From NCBI GenBank assembly GCA_024679065.1, contig JAGIQG010000009.1, forward strand, positions 99,944,001-100,008,000: a stretch of DNA of 64,000 nt. The letters run 5' to 3'. The position numbers and the translations under genes were made by a program. The DNA is from Sphyrna mokarran. Lineage: Eukaryota. Position 1 is the first letter of the stretch. The number at the start of each line of letters is the position of its first letter. Below the pieces are notes generated by a model, which was given only the letters and a program-made list of their open reading frames with translations, was not told where the DNA came from and ran no database searches. Of the stretch, positions 62,130 to 64,000 are shown one piece after another.

Positions 62130-63560
62130 AACTAAACAACAATGACCAAATCATCAAGCTTGTCGTGACCCCACCTACAGATTTTTTTCCCTCACTTGCA
62201 TATCGATCTCACACTTGCCATCAATTACCCACACATAGCTGGCCAATCGCCCCGTTTAATGCCAACACCCATTCGCTTAATTAACAACAACCCTAGTCAC
62301 TGCACAACTGAATGCTCAACAGAAAAAATCACAAAATAAACATCTCAGTCAAATGTTCGATACAACCACACGACCTGCTTAAATATTCCAAGTCACGAAT
62401 CTTGCTCACCTATTATTAGGCAATCACCTAGCTGCTCAGTGAAGCACCAACACGCATACTCATTATCCCCTGTATCCACACATCTACAGTATCACCAACC
62501 TACTGTGTGCAATGGCTCTGTACAGTTACCCAGCTCACTTACCTATTCAACTTGTACTTAGATGCTTAACCACATTCCTATCATCTACAACATTCCCTTT
62601 TCCAAATTTCTCGCATCACAAACCAACATTCATAGCGAATATTTTAACGAAATTACACGTGCACCAAATTGCCGATATTACCCTCCACCCAAGTATGCAC
62701 GTGAAAAAAATCCCACATATTTCCCATTTACACGCAACTAACTGATCATCAAAGTTAAGCATTTCATCAACAGCCCAATGAAATCGTCTAACCAATCCCT
62801 GAACTGTAACCGCCTCCCCAAACATCTCCCAGTTTCCCATACTAACTATCTAACTAACCAATCAATATTCTGTCTACTTACCTCTGCAAGTCGACTGTTC
62901 ACAAAGTTAACAGCGGACCGCCCTGCCATGAGAGCTATTCATCATCCTCTGCCACGACAAAACAACTTCACTGAAATGAGTGCTGAATGTATGCAAACTC
63001 CAACTAATTGCCCATTTGCCGACCCTCTCACATATATTACTCTCTACTCACCACCATGTTTAATAGTCAGTACACTGCCAATTAGGATTATGGATGAAGG
63101 ACGATTTCACAAGGAATCCATACATCATGCGAATGAGCAAAAACATCTTCATCTTGGCAAAACCTCCACACTGCACGCATGAGCAGGATCCAGGCACCAT
63201 GCACAATTTTGCAATCAGCCATCTACCTTCTGACATATTCGCTACCTTATTACAGCACCCAACACATCAACTATATCATCCATAGATGCAGTTCCCCATC
63301 GAACTTGTAAAATGCCAGTCTAGTTCTTCATCGTCCTCAGTTACGGTTACAGCTTTGTTTGCATTTTTATTTTCATATGATTACACATCTAACCAACCCA
63401 ACTGATTCACGGATAATCATCTTTCAAATCCCAGCGTCGTGAAGGTTATCGCTCAGCATCCCAATAAAAGATTTATTATCCCAAGAGCCTCTTACCCAAC
63501 TACCCACTTGCAAACATTCAATCAAAATAGCTTCTCAAACCTATCAATTACACTGGTATT
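62130..63560. repeat. G-poor, C/A-rich degenerate tract (third copy)
   Basis: Composition and position directly right of the 27-nt exon, as in units 1 and 2. Confidence 0.6.
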
Positions 63561-63594
63561 GAAGAGGATCGTGGAATAAGTTTCGTTCCCGATA

Positions 63595-64000
63595 CTTACT
63601 GATTGCGATTTGTGAGTTCTGATGTTGAGGATCCAGGTGCAGAGGCAGGAGCCAAGCCCTAGGTCAGAAGGTTGGAGATGAGCCTTGTGGTGTTAAGGAG
63701 TGTTTCTTGCGTATGAATAGGAGTTTGACAGAGGTATGTTTGAAATCTAGGTGTTTAGGGGGTTGAGTATAGTGCTAGTAAGGTTGGCGTCTGCGTACAC
63801 CTGTTACAACAAAAGGCGAACTTTATTGGATCCAGGATACAAACATTGACTTGTGCCGTCAATAACCTTTCGAAGCACTTAATAATGATGAATGCAGATA
63901 CATTGGAAGATAGTTTTCGAGTCTTGCTTGGCTTTGGTTTTGTAAACTGATGATTGTCTTCTTCTTGAAGCAGATAGGGGCCTCCTATTGACGTAAGGAA
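63595..64000 (-). mobile_element. Rex1/Babar-type LINE RT fragment
   Basis: PICFKKKTII...NY...KCFERL...LDPIKFAF...VKLLFI...LGLGSCLCTWILN across frameshifts. Confidence 0.75.

Larger units (their letters stand above)
59600..63560. repeat. Segmental duplication unit 3, more diverged, runs off the window
   Basis: 30-nt exon, V relic, 27-nt exon with shared flank (aaggaacatatg) and G-poor tract in the same order. Confidence 0.7.

Overview
Eukaryotic, AT-rich, repeat-dense DNA. The repeat complement (CR1/HER1-type LINEs with (TTCTATG)n tails, HE1/V-SINE-like and SacSINE/DeuSINE-like SINEs, Penelope, Rex-Babar, a Gypsy gag relic) points to a cartilaginous fish, probably a shark. Almost all ORFs in the supplied track are transposon fragments or noise. 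The main signal is invisible to the ORF track: the minus strand carries at least 19 intact, frame-symmetric phase-1 microexons (27/30/36 nt, canonical AG/GT) spread from 61.9 kb to 6.8 kb. They splice in silico into one stop-free ~189-aa E/K/R/L-rich coiled-coil-like sequence with 31-aa and 39-aa repeats. The introns of this chain hold four heavily decayed IgV-like exons, one IgC-like exon, two TM-like exons and many dead microexons. This looks like the remains of a tandem array of butyrophilin/BG-like genes. My interpretation is a BTN/BG-like receptor whose 5' end lies to the right of the window and whose long cytoplasmic tail was built by recruiting tail exons of duplicated paralogs whose ectodomain exons died. 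All exon calls were made by eye and need transcript confirmation. Repeat boundaries are approximate. There is one 240-N gap.
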